DNA of 45,334 nucleotides from Octopus bimaculoides. Its lineage: Eukaryota. Positions within the stretch are counted from its first letter, which is position 1. Each line of letters starts with the position of its first letter. The stretch spans positions 167,308,592 through 167,353,925 of the forward strand of contig NC_068981.1 in the NCBI RefSeq assembly GCF_001194135.2, written 5' to 3'. The notes beneath the pieces are model-generated. The model was given only the letters and a program-made list of their open reading frames with translations, did not search any database and was not told where the DNA came from. Below, in pieces: positions 26,248-38,400 of this stretch. The translations under genes were made by a program, and so were the position numbers.

Positions 26248-27294
26248 TTGTGTGTGTGTGCGGGCGTGAGTAATGATTAAACCATTCTACTTATTTCCAA
26301 ACTCTTTCACTAAAACTGTATAATTTAAAAATATTTTACCCAAAAGAAGCGGCGCATATATGCTGTAATATTGAAGACTGAAATAATGGGTTTATTGATA
26401 AAGCGTTTTATGAATTTACTTTGTTAGTATTAGAAAGCATATACGTACTGGTTGACTAGAACGATAGAGCGTTAGACAAAAAATCCTTGTGCTGTTTAGT
26501 TGTGCTGTTTAGTCTTTTACGTTCTGAGATAAAATTACACGGTCGTGATGATGGTGGTAGTAGTGCTGGTTCAGCTTTCAGCTTCCAGGCGTCGATAAGA
26601 TGAAATACCAGTTAAATATTGGTGTCATCTCAATCGATTATTCCAGCCGGCCAAATTTATAGCTTTGTGCAAATGTTAAAAAATCGATATCAGAAAGCAT
26701 ATATGAGTATCAACATATTTAACATACACAACAACGTTAAGAAGCTCAAGTGAAGTAAAATGCATCGTGACAAAAAAAAAAAAAAAAAATCGTTTCCCAT
26801 GATTCCATTGATGACAGTTAAAAGTAAAAAGAAAATAAAAGCCAAAAACCCTGGCATAAATATGTCCCGAGTTGTCATCCGTACTTGTTGGATGTTGGAA
26901 AAATGAAAAATGAATTAGTCATCGACTACTGTTTTTTTTTTCCCACCGCATATGTTATTTTTGTGTAGCTTTTTAATGCAGAATGTATTATATATATGCT
27001 GACATTCACTCAGCAACTGTTTGTATTAGACGGATAATGCCTTAAAATTATTCAGCTCTAAATAATAGGACGTGCTAGGTTTTTGCATTTAAAACAGAGA
27101 ATACTGTTTCGCTGCATTGTCGGTCATCTTTAGCATGACAGAAAGAGGAAAACCAGATTCTGACAATTGTTTTTCTGAGTAACAGTTACCAAACAGCTTT
27201 TAGATTTGTTTACAAGAGCCAGTCAATTCTGTATCGCATAACAACATTTTTATAAAATTCTCTAGCAGTTCTGCTTAATATATTCTTTCTAAAT

Positions 27295-27990
27295 TTTGCA
27301 CCAGGGAGGCAGATAGTCAATTACATCGATCCCAGTATTTAAATGGTACTTTATTTTATCGATGAAAGGCAAAGTTGACCTCGGCGGGTTTTGAGCTCAG
27401 AACGAAGAGTCAGTAGTAATGCCGTTAAGCATTTTGACCAATACATTAACGATTCAGCTGGGGGAGGATGTAAGTCGATTACATCAACCCCAGTCCTCAA
27501 CTGGTACTTATTTGATCGAAGGATGAAAAGCAAAGTCGACCTCGGTGGAATTTGAACTCTGAACATAATTTGTTTTTCTACTCTAGGCTAGGCCCGAAAT
27601 CTTTGAGGAGGGGGCCAGTCTATTAGATCGATCCCTAGTACGCAACTAGCACTTAATTTATCGACCCCGAAAGGATGAAAGGCAAAGTCGACCTCGGCGG
27701 AATTTGAAATCAGAACGTAACGACAGACGAAATACCGCTAAGCATTTCGCCCGTTGTGCTAACTAACGTTTCTTATTTCTTTATTGCCCACAAGGGGCTA
27801 CACACAGAGGGGACAAACAAGGACAGACAAAGGGGTTAAGTCGATTACATCGACCCCAGTGCGTAACTGGTACTTAATTTATCGACCTCGAAACCATAAA
27901 AAGCAAAGTCGACCTCGGCGGAATTTGAACTCAGAACGTAACGGCAGACGAAATACCGCTAAACGTGCTAACGTTTCTGCCGCCTTAATT
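27295..27990 (-). mobile_element. Cluster of four co-oriented family A SINE copies
   Basis: The CAAAGT(C/T)GACCTCGG(C/T)GG core with flanking GATTACATCGA-like and TTTGA(A/G)CTCAGAAC-like motifs recurs at about 27375, 27535, 27685 and 27905. Confidence 0.85.
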
Positions 27991-30147
27991 CCTTACATTG
28001 TTACTTACACTATTGTATTGTTTTCCCGTTTTCTTCTTCATTAGCCAGCTGATTCTAAGTGTAAGCAGATATAATAGGATGAAAAACATCTCTCGTCACT
28101 CTTGCGTCAGCGAAGTCATTTAACTGGTTTGAAATAGTGGCGAACTATCACAATCTTAGAAAAGTTTGTTGGATTAGAGCTAAACTAGGGGCTTATCAGC
28201 ATCATTCTTTATATTACTCCTGAAGTGAGATTTTGCTGAACTCTAACTGCATATGGCAGAAGCCAAAGCCAAACTGGAAACTCTATTATCTCAAATGTTT
28301 GAATTTTTCTCAACATTCTATTTTAATAAGATATATTTTTTCGTGTGAAAAACAGCAAAATGTTATAAATGAATTAAGAAAGGAAATGGAAATTGTTATT
28401 ACTTCTCAGTTGGTTGTCAGGAGTAAATAGCAATCGTTTCATCTAACTTTATTTTTTAAAAAGTGGAGGATTACACAATTACACAATTTAAAAAGTGTAA
28501 TTTGGAAACATTAATTATAATTATACTCTTATTATATTATTTACTTATATAATTATTTACTTTACAATAAAATGGGTTTAATTTTACTTTTGTTTTCCTT
28601 GTGTAAAAAATACCTGTCGCGAGGTCGTTTCTGTTGTGGTTGTTCATTGATGCTTGTGGAGAATGAAAATGTCTTTCTAGGACTGCGCGTAAAATGATAA
28701 CACAAACAATTAGCAAAAGTTTTATTTACTGCACGTAATGTTTTTTGTGATGGCCTCAGGAAGGAGAATAAAAGCAACAATTTGTAGATACCAGGAGAGA
28801 CATAACACTGAGGTCTACGATAAAATAACTGGTACGTATCAGTCTGTGACTAGCCCATCACAACTGGGAAATCATCACGCTAAATTCATGATGAAAAAAT
28901 CTGCACGGCTAGTGAATAGAAAAGGAGAAAGGTGTCACAGCAACCGTCTCAACATTCTGAAGTTACCGTCAAAATCCACCTTTTCTAAGACTCATTACAA
29001 GGTTACAAAAAGTCGAATCACGGGATGGCTTGACCCTGATTGTTCGTTTAATCGGCCGATCACGTGAAACGATAGTGATTTCAACGTTGCATCCACATGG
29101 CTATATTCGGTTTCGAATCTGCTGCACACCTTTTACAATCTGCGTTTTCTGTTTCTGTTGTGGCCTCAGAAGGAATGGCTCTTCTAATTTATTAAAGGTT
29201 CGTGTATTGACACAAGACATCCAGAATTGAATGGAAATGCTATAGTCTATTGAACCAACTCCAGTGCATTTCTAACACTTCTTTTACTGACTTAAACACA
29301 TACAATAAGTCATTGAGACGAGATCTCAACTGTTTCTTCAACTTCCTCGCCATTTTTCTTTACTAAATAGCTAGGCATCTACTCTGCTTCAATGCCGCTT
29401 CCTAGGCTTTGTAGTTAAACTATTGACGGAAATCGAATCTTGCATATCTTGTTTGCTCAAGCAAATATATTAACCATTATATTGCATGAGAATCGCACTA
29501 TGGTTACTATATGTTCCTGCTTTTTTTCCACACAAACAGGAGCGTTTACAGAAGAAATTTATGGTCTAAATTAAATAGTGATTCTCTCTTTCTCCTTCTC
29601 TCTCTCTTGCACTCACTCACTCACTCTCTCCTTTCCAGAAACGCAAGGATTCAGAGAGTTTTCCTATCTTCACTTTGCTGAAATGTTAAACGAGGAAGAA
29701 GTAAATCACTTTCTGATTCATGAGAAGTAAATGTCTCTCAGGTGTCTTTTGTTAAAAAGGAGAATTGAATTTGGCATCCCAAGCTAATTAAATACTGGCC
29801 AATTATACAACAGCAAACCACACTACCTAACAATAACTTTTTAAAAAAAGAAGTCAGTCACACGAAGAGGCGGGACAATGCCCGTGAATTTGTGCTGGTT
29901 CTTCTATATTTGCGAACTTGATAAGGAGAATGTATGTAGAGTGTATGTAGGAAAAATGCGGTCGGAGAGGTAAAGCAAAGTCTTGTCCAATGTCGATGGA
30001 TAGGCCATTAAGAGTTTAGCAACTCTGTTACGAAAACAATACAGTGCTGAGTAATAAAATACGAACTACAGGTCGTTCGGTTGAATGTCCGGTGCCATAT
30101 CCTTTCGACTATCGGGTGAGCAAATAGTTAGACGACCGATAAAAGAC

Positions 30148-30179
<32 letters not shown>

Positions 30180-32179
30180 AGTGTAATCTCATTCAGGAAA
30201 TAACAATTCTTATTTTGTAATATGTTCTAGTTAAATAATACACGTCCTACTGTTTTGTCCTTGGTTAACAAAGATCTAAGGAAACATATATGAAACTTAT
30301 TAATTATAGTTACTTCAGGGATAGTACATCTTTAAAAATTCATATCCTGGAAGTTGTATATGAATATATATGAACGCTATTGTTTATCTACAGGGAATTC
30401 TCTTCAGAAATTAATACTGATGTATGGAAAGATAAAGATTTGGCTTAGCTTGCATTATGAGGAGAATTCAAACATTTGATGGAAATGGTAAGTAAGTGAT
30501 CAGAAGAAATATTTTCATAAGTAATGAATGCATAAGTAGTATAGCTTAACACTCGTAAAGTTTTGCATCTGAGAAAGAAGTAATTGAATAAAAAGAAATT
30601 ATTTTTAAGGTGTTCTCCAGAAAGAAGGACTGTCACTCCGAACCAAATACGATTAAACTAATGGTGGGCGGCCCTACCAACAGGGGTTCACCTTCAACTG
30701 AATATTGTGCAGACTTGAAGCATTTATTCACTGTCATAAATAAAATTGTCTTTAACAATATTATCTATTTGCATTAGTGTGTGTATGTATTTATAATCTA
30801 CAGTTACCAACCGGCAGATAAGTCATGTTTTCTTATTTTAATTTTATAAACAATAAATGCATAAAGAGAAAAGAAATACCTATGAAAGGAAAGATAGATG
30901 AAGCCATTTCTTTAAAGATTGACGGATGGTGAAATAAACTCAAGAAATTATGCCCAAGAAATTAATAGAGTTCATGAATTGGTAAATATGAGCCCATATT
31001 CTTAGAATATTGATATTGTCTTCTGGAAAACAGCGGAAGAAAATTTAGATGAATTCTATAAGCAAATACAGCATAAGAACTATGTCAATCAATTATTTCC
31101 AGTAATATGTTGAAAATAACAGTTAAAAAAAGCAAAAAAAAATATCGTTAATAACATACGTGTATGTTCTACAGACACAGAAAGAGGATTTTCGATTATG
31201 AATCTTATATATTCTGATAAAAGGAATCACCTTGAAGTAAAAAATGCGGTAAATCTAATGGTGAACAATTTGATCAGCCTCCCAATATAAAGGATAGTAT
31301 GGATTCAGATAGAAACGTGAAAGTTAGTGGGTGTGGGAATCACACAATGACAAAATATAGTAAAACATACAACCAACAAAAAATACAAAGAAAATCTAAT
31401 TTCAATACGGAAATATTTGAAGCGTGATTAATAAAAGTATCTTATACAAAAGCCAACATTACTTGCATGTTTACTTGTTTTTTTCTTTGTTTTTTTTTTA
31501 TATCTTGCTATTTCATCCACATAAATAAGATATGTAAAATAAGATAGAGGAGTGATGCCTGATTTCATAGACAACAATTTAGGAGGTGAAAGAAAGAACT
31601 AGTTCCTTTTATATTTTTAATCCCAACACTGATACAAACATACATATATAATCTTAATTTCAGTTAATTTCGTAATCCAAAAAGTAGTTCATTTTATTAC
31701 AGACAGTGAGTAATTGCAGAGATATTTGTTTGCTATTTCTGATTCTTTTCAGCCAGTGTACTTAGGAGTATATTCTCTAATGTGCTCTTCCGAACCGTTT
31801 CAGTAATGGGTATGTTTAATGTGTGTGTGCAGTTTTGCTGCCAAAGAAACGTGTATGTAATATTAATAATCGCATAAGCTTCAACGCAAACACGACAGCG
31901 ATAGAAGCTTCAGTTTTTAATAAAATATGCATCTATGGTACCCCTGTGATATAAACTATTTTCGATCTATGACAAACGTTTTTTTTCCTATGCTTTTAAT
32001 TCCGCAGTTAGCTAAAACGTAAAATAACATTGACACCTACTAAAAGTTGATTCGAGGCCATAAACATTAAGGCATTGTATTCGAATCGCTGAACTTGTTA
32101 TCATGAAGGCCATGCTGAATATCTTCAGTTTTGATAACTAGAAATTCTGATGTTTTCATGTAGAATCAGAATTAGTAAT

Positions 32180-32327
32180 ACATACATACATACATACATA
32201 CATACATACATACATACATACACACGCATACATACACACATGCATGCATACATACATACATACATTCATACATACATGCATCCATCCATCCATCCATCCC
32301 CCCCCTCTCTCTCTCTCTCCCTCTCTT

Positions 32328-32382
<55 letters not shown>

Positions 32383-32505
32383 TTGTTTGTCGGTCGTCCG
32401 TCCGTCTGCCTGCCTGTTATGTATGAATGTATGCATGCATACATGCATACATACATACATACATACATACATGCATACATACATACATACATACATACAT
32501 ACATA
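32180..32505. repeat. Compound (TACA)n, (TCCA)n, (CT)n, (TATC)n, (TACA)n microsatellite
   Basis: Directly visible. Confidence 0.95.
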
Positions 32506-32581
32506 GGTCAGAGTTATCTATCTTATAGTCATGACGTAGACTTAATGGACACACTATAGTTTAGTCAATATGAAAGAGAGA

Positions 32582-33008
32582 GGGGTCACCATCTTGTTCG
32601 TAACAATAAGAAAATAGAAATTCACGGGACGCTTGTAATAAGTCATAACTTTTATTAATGGAGGTAATGAGTTAACATACAAAGTTAATCAAAGGAAAGC
32701 TTATAACATTACATGAATATGTTCTGTTTGCAGTCACATGTCTCCAAGTAAGAAAGGCGAACGTGTGCGCAAGCGGGCGTAAGTGCGGTGCTTTGACTCA
32801 ATGCCGGCCTAAGGCTAGACTGACACGGAGTGGCGCGAATTTAGAACTTCTTCCTTTATATAAGAGATGAACCAGAAGTCCCTGAAGCTTCCAGAAAGGT
32901 TTCGAAACATTCTAGAAATTCGAGGGAGATTACTCTCGTTAAATCCCTTTTCCGTTTTGCTTTTAGTACTCTCTCCTGAATTCTTGCCAAGCTGGCTGCA
33001 TTGGAACA
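32582..33008 (-). mobile_element. Probable LTR (32595-33008, 414 bp) followed by a tRNA-Trp primer-binding site (32582-32591), internal region absent
   Basis: Minus strand: TGTTC...GAACA inverted termini, TATATAA (32862-32856), AATAAA (32656-32651), then AGA and TGGTGACCCC, complementary to the 3' end GGGGUCACCA of eukaryotic tRNA-Trp. The 33008 boundary is inferred from the terminal repeat. Confidence 0.65.
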
Positions 33009-34719
33009 AAATCCCACCAGGTGATTATTTAGGCATTCATAAACATGTCATCCAAAATGCAGTCTTTGTAATTCAAAAATGTAATTTCTGCATCTTTTAC
33101 TTTCAGATCAACCATATTAAGAAAAAAATGGCGGTAAATCATTATCTTCAACGTTCACACAATGGATCATAACTAGTTGACTTGGAATAGTTGAAGCCTC
33201 ATTGGCGCCAGGATACTTTTAAGTTTTGTTGAATTATTTTCGTAAATACTTTGTTTTAAGTTTCCTTCTCAAGGTGATCAAATATTTAAAAGGCTTTCAT
33301 GCGAGAATGAAGTCCTGCTCCCATATCTAATCCATGTTTTTTGTTCGTAGTTCAGTCTCATCTTCAGTATCCAGAACGACCTGTTTCATTTTGCTATATT
33401 GCAGACAGCATTAAGTATGTTTTTTACTCAAAGTGCTTCTATATATTTTTTTTATTTAATATGCTGATGTATCTCAGGCAACATGGTTATGACATGATAT
33501 AAATAAAAAAAAAGATGACTGGATAATGCCGTTAGTAGGAGAGATTTGGAAGGTAAAGGAGGAGGATGAAATATTGTAACTGATTAAACCAAGAGAAGTT
33601 AAGTAGAGAGAAGTTAAAAGAAGTTATTTAAGAACAAGACAAGAAAAGGTGAAAAAGTGAATAAATTGGAAAAATAAAATTGAAAAAGTGTGAAAAACTG
33701 AAATTCCTTTTTATTTTTCATTTATATCATCATACTTTTTGTAACTGCAATCTCTTCGCGTTGCTTCAATTACATTACACATATACAATGTACTTTTAAT
33801 GAAAAATAGATGCATACTGGCCGACTTTATATTTTTACGATACTTCAGCATTTCAGATTTTCTATAAAGCGTCGATTCTTTTAATGCTCATGCACTCAGG
33901 TTTGGCGCAGTAATCACAGCCAACTTTCTTGTTGATAACGAGTGAACGATCGTATTTTTCTTGAACTTCTCAGTCTGCTTCATATTCCCGCCATGTGAAT
34001 GAATTTTTCCTTAATTGTTTATAGTCTTAGGAGTTTCATGACATATTAACTTTGGATTTTTATGTTCAATCAATTCTTACTTCAAACGCTTATAATTTTC
34101 AGAAGCTGCTAACGATGTTTTTCATCCTGTTCTTGTTTCGAACAAATTTTTGGAATTTTTCTCAGAAAGTTCATATTTTTCTGTTACTTCATCGAAGGAG
34201 TCCAATCTGTAAGTAAACGTGAAAATATTCAATGCCACATATACCTTCATGATAAATTATAATTATCAATTATTGAACGAATCTTCTTTTCATGGTTAAT
34301 TGACAGAAAAAAATATATAGTTACATAGCTTCATGTAAAAGCCGTTGTTGCTTTTTTGATTAGATGTTTGTTGGTTAAGTCAGGCTACAACAAACGAATT
34401 ACTAGCCACAAAATGAATAGAATGGTTATCATGGTGACTGTTTGCTAAATTTATTAATGATAAAATACAAGTAAAATAAAAAGTTCAAAAATTTACACGT
34501 GCCCAAATATAAATATAAATATTAATAATCATCTAAAATACGAACAAAATCTATCAAATATTAAGTTAGAGAACATATTGTCAAAGATCTGATAAATAAG
34601 TTTTTAAAAATTCCCCCTGAAAAATCAGACATGTTGAAAGAGATTAAAAAACTAAAATGAGAGTAGAAAAAGGAGCACAAGTTCTTATAAGGAATTAAAA
34701 GTAAAACAAAGGGAAACGA

Positions 34720-35088
34720 ATCTGCATGGACAAGTGGTTAAGGTATTGCTCTCACGATCGCCGGATCGTGGGTTGGATTCCTGGGCTGGATGGTGTGTTG
34801 TGTTCTTGAGCAAAACACTTCCTTTCACGTTGCTCTAGTGCTGTATGAGGACCGGCATGTTAAAGAATAGACCCAGAATTTTCCGTGCGTGTCATAAAAT
34901 GCGACTAAAAGAGGTTGAGTTAGGATTTGCACTCTTACCTCGTGAAATTCTCACCAGCAACGACTACCCAAGCAACCAATGGGTTGGAGGGTTGTCGCCT
35001 GAGTGGTGCAAAGGCGTCTTGCGCATGGACCAGGGAATCACCATCAAATGGTGGATGCAGCGTGACGCTGTTATAGCGCATTCCCCCA

Positions 35089-35132
<44 letters not shown>
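34720..35132 (+). mobile_element. Composite SINE-like element: family B head and CORE-like segment, a different 240-bp body, (TAC)n tail
   Basis: 34720-34840 aligns to 4928-5050. 34845-35085 does not match the other family B tails. It ends in about 15 TAC units. Confidence 0.55.
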
Positions 35133-35135
<3 letters not shown>

Positions 35136-35414
35136 ATCTTCAATGGAGATTCGTCTAATGAAAAAATTATTTGTATTTCAGTGGTTTTACAGTAGAATGT
35201 TAAAAAAAAGTACTGGTAGACAAAGAAATTCAGAGTATTGTTTTGGAAATTTCAAAGTAAAATTTGTACATGGTAAAAATATTAATAATAAATGTATAAC
35301 AAGTATATAACAATAATTATTTATAAAAATAAAACGTGACAAAAATGAATATATTAAATGCGACTAAAAGGAGTTGAAGTAGGATTCGCACTCCGATCCT
35401 GTTAAACGCTCACC

Positions 35415-35591
35415 ATTATAGAACAAGTAGAAAGATATACTTTTTCAACACGTAAATACTGAACAGTATATATATAAAGGATAAAATCCTTTTAAGAGTA
35501 GAAAAATTTGCTCTTAAAAGGATTTTATCCTTTATATATACTTTTCAGTATTTACGTGTTGAAAAATATATCTTTCTACTTGTTCTACAAT
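35415..35591. repeat. Near-perfect inverted repeat, arms about 80 bp, 12-nt loop
   Basis: 35419-35498 pairs with 35511-35587 with few mismatches; loop TAGAAAAATTTG. Confidence 0.95.
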
Positions 35592-36039
35592 ACAGTTCAA
35601 TGCTTCAAAAACAAACTTATGTTTGTTTACATATGACGTAATCTCACTATTATATTTCATTTAGACACTGATGTGAAAAGTTTGCGTAACCGGTTCGCGC
35701 AAATCGTTGCGAACCACAGGAATGCCGTCTCTGGTTTCCATGAATGTATATACATAATATAGACAAAAATGCATTCATACATACATGCATACATGGCCAT
35801 ATACATGAAAACACATATACATGTTGGTGCATTTGGTTATAGCAATAAATTTGAGAGCGAAAAAAGAGACCGGCTAACACTCACCTTATATATACAACAT
35901 GTAAGTGAAACAGTGAGAATATACAAGACATTTTTAAAGTTCAGTATGTAACAACTATCCTCATTATTATCCGAATTCCGATAATGGCGTTCATGTTTCC
36001 TTGTTACAAACAAGCTTCCTTTTTCTTAGAGGAATTCTA

Positions 36040-37603
36040 GTAAATATAAAAGTGAAGACTTTCAAGGATATCTCACGGGTTCACAAGGAAAAAGGATATC
36101 TCATGGGTTCAGAAGGAAAAAGAAATATCAAAATTACACACTGTTTCTTTGTGGATGATTTAAAACTTTACACAAGGAATATGCATGAGATGAAAAAGGG
36201 CACTGACATAGTTACAACATTCTCAAAGGATGTAAGATTGGAGTTTGGTCAGGATAAATGTTATATGGTTGTAAAAAGGGGGAGAACTATAAACCAGACT
36301 AGTTACAACTCCATTAATGATTTGACTATTAACTCTGTATCTGACGAGGAATCTTTGGCACCTGTAACAAAATACGTGTCACTAAAGAATTTTACAGCCG
36401 AATAAAGAAGATTTTGACCTCAAAATTCTCTGCATTCAATAAAACAGTGGCCCACAATGTATTTGCTGTGCCAGTACTCATACCAACATTTGGGCTGCTT
36501 AATTGGACGCTTGATGAGATCCGAGCCATTGATGTGAAAACCCGAAAAATACTAACAAGAACACATAATTTCCACATAAACAGTAATGTAGACCGCCTCT
36601 ACTTAAAACCAAAACAAGGCAGAAGAGGCTTAACATCGATCCAAAATGCCTTTGAATGTCGCATCATATCCCTTCGACAACATCTTTTAACCACCAAGTA
36701 TCGAAGTGAATCCTTTGACCAAGTTTGCATACATGAGGCTGATAACATCATAAGACTTGGAAGGTAGCTCATTGAGCAACACTCTTTGTCTGATAACCTA
36801 GTATACATGCCCAAAGAAGTCGCACGACTCTAACGCAACGTATCATCAGATGAAAGGATGAACCTATATGAGCAGAAGACTATGCATGGATATGTTACTA
36901 GAAAGCTCCATGATGATAGTAACATCGATCATCAAAGCAGTTTATCATGGACCAATTACTGGATTACTACCTCTCATTTGAAGGGTATGTGGAACAGGAA
37001 ATATCAACCAAGTACCTGATGCACAGAAGTGATAGAGATGCAGGTAAAGCCGTAAAGTGTGACAACTGATACAGACTTTATGGAATTCACACTGAGGATA
37101 TCACCCATATCATAAGCAGTTGTCCGAAATGTCATCATGAGATTATCGACCGATGAGACATGACGCTGTAGCTAGGACACTCTATAATGAAATTCGTCAG
37201 AAGGATAATCCCGAGGACAAAGAAATAAGAACTCACAATATGGTAGAAGCCATATCCACTCATAATAAAAAGGAATACTGGTGGAATGTACCAGTGAAGA
37301 CCTCAATAAAATGTAAGTACAGCAGACCTGATATAATGACTTGGGATAAAGAAGAGAAACTGTGCACAGTTGTAGAAATTAGCTGTTCAGCGGATGTTAA
37401 CATAAAGCTGAAGATCAATGAAAGAGAACACTTATGCTAAACTATTGAGAAATCTGCTGTTATTCTATCCAGATTACAAGTTCAGGTTTATACCTGTAAA
37501 TATTAGGGCTCTGGGATAAGTAACTGAATAAAGACATACATATTTGCATACGGACATACGTACATACATACATACATACATGCATACATACATACATACA
37601 TAC
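36040..37603 (+). mobile_element. R4/Dong-clade non-LTR retrotransposon, 5'-truncated and decayed (RT, CCHC, REL endonuclease), copy 1
   Basis: HCFFVDDLKLY, LEFGQDKC, IDVKTRKILT...RLYL...GRRGLTSI, decayed knuckle (*YRLYG...HIISSC), RHDAVARTLY, RPDIMTWDKEEKLCTVVEISC. Many stops and frameshifts. Ends AACTGAATAAAGACATAC plus (TACA)n after an internal deletion. Confidence 0.9.
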
Positions 37604-37609
37604 ATGTCT

Positions 37610-38400
37610 ATGTCATCACGGTGTTATCTACCGATGAGACATAATGTAGCTAGAACACTCTATAATGAAATCCGTCGGAAGGATAATCCTGAGCACAAAG
37701 AAATAAGAACCCACAATATGGTAGAAGCCATAGCCATTCATGATAAAAAGGAATACTGGTGGAATGTCCCAGTGAAGACCTCAATAAAATGTAAGCACAA
37801 CAAACCTGGTATAATGATTTGGGACAGAGAAAAGAAACTGTGCACAATTCAGATCAGTGAAAAAGAGAATACCTATGCTGAACTATTAAGAAATCTGCAC
37901 TTACTCTATCCAGATTACAAGTTCAGGTTTATACCTGTAATTATTGAGGCCCTGTGATATGTAACACTGCCTAAATACCAATCTTGAGTAATTAGGCTTC
38001 TCAAAACCAGAAAGGAGAAAGCTAATTCGAAGGCTACAGATCCAGTTCATCACTGGAACTGTAAAAATCTGTAAAACTTTCTAGAAGTTTATCATTTAAA
38101 TATATATATGAGAATGTCTAGATATGTAGCTATGTGCATGAGAATACATACATAAAACATACAAATCTGCACATACATACACATATGCATACATACATAC
38201 ATACATACATACATACATACATACATACATACATACATGCATGCATGCATGCAGGCATGCATACATACATACATACATGCGTACATACAAAAATATCCTG
38301 TTGATGATGCTGAAATTCCAATGAAGGAGCCTTTGATCTAGGTTAGAAATCGGTTCTTTCTCTATTGGCAAGGAATCTTGAAATAAACTGAATAATGACA
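37610..38400 (+). mobile_element. R4/Dong-clade LINE copy 2, shorter 5' truncation, with complete 3' UTR
   Basis: Restarts at MSSRCYLPMRHNVARTLYNEIR, duplicating about 37130-37520. It has a deletion in the VEISC region, continues to the ORF end near 38098 and ends CTGAATAATGACA plus (TACA)n. Confidence 0.9.

Noticed and set aside
29240-29353. Possible first exon MARKLKKQLRSRLNDLL on the minus strand (AAAATGGCG start, GTATGT donor)
   Set aside because: Short, no recognisable homology, and no compatible downstream exon found.
34881-34915. HDV-like ribozyme
   Set aside because: I could not assign P1 and P3 pairings; it is mentioned only as a motif resemblance.
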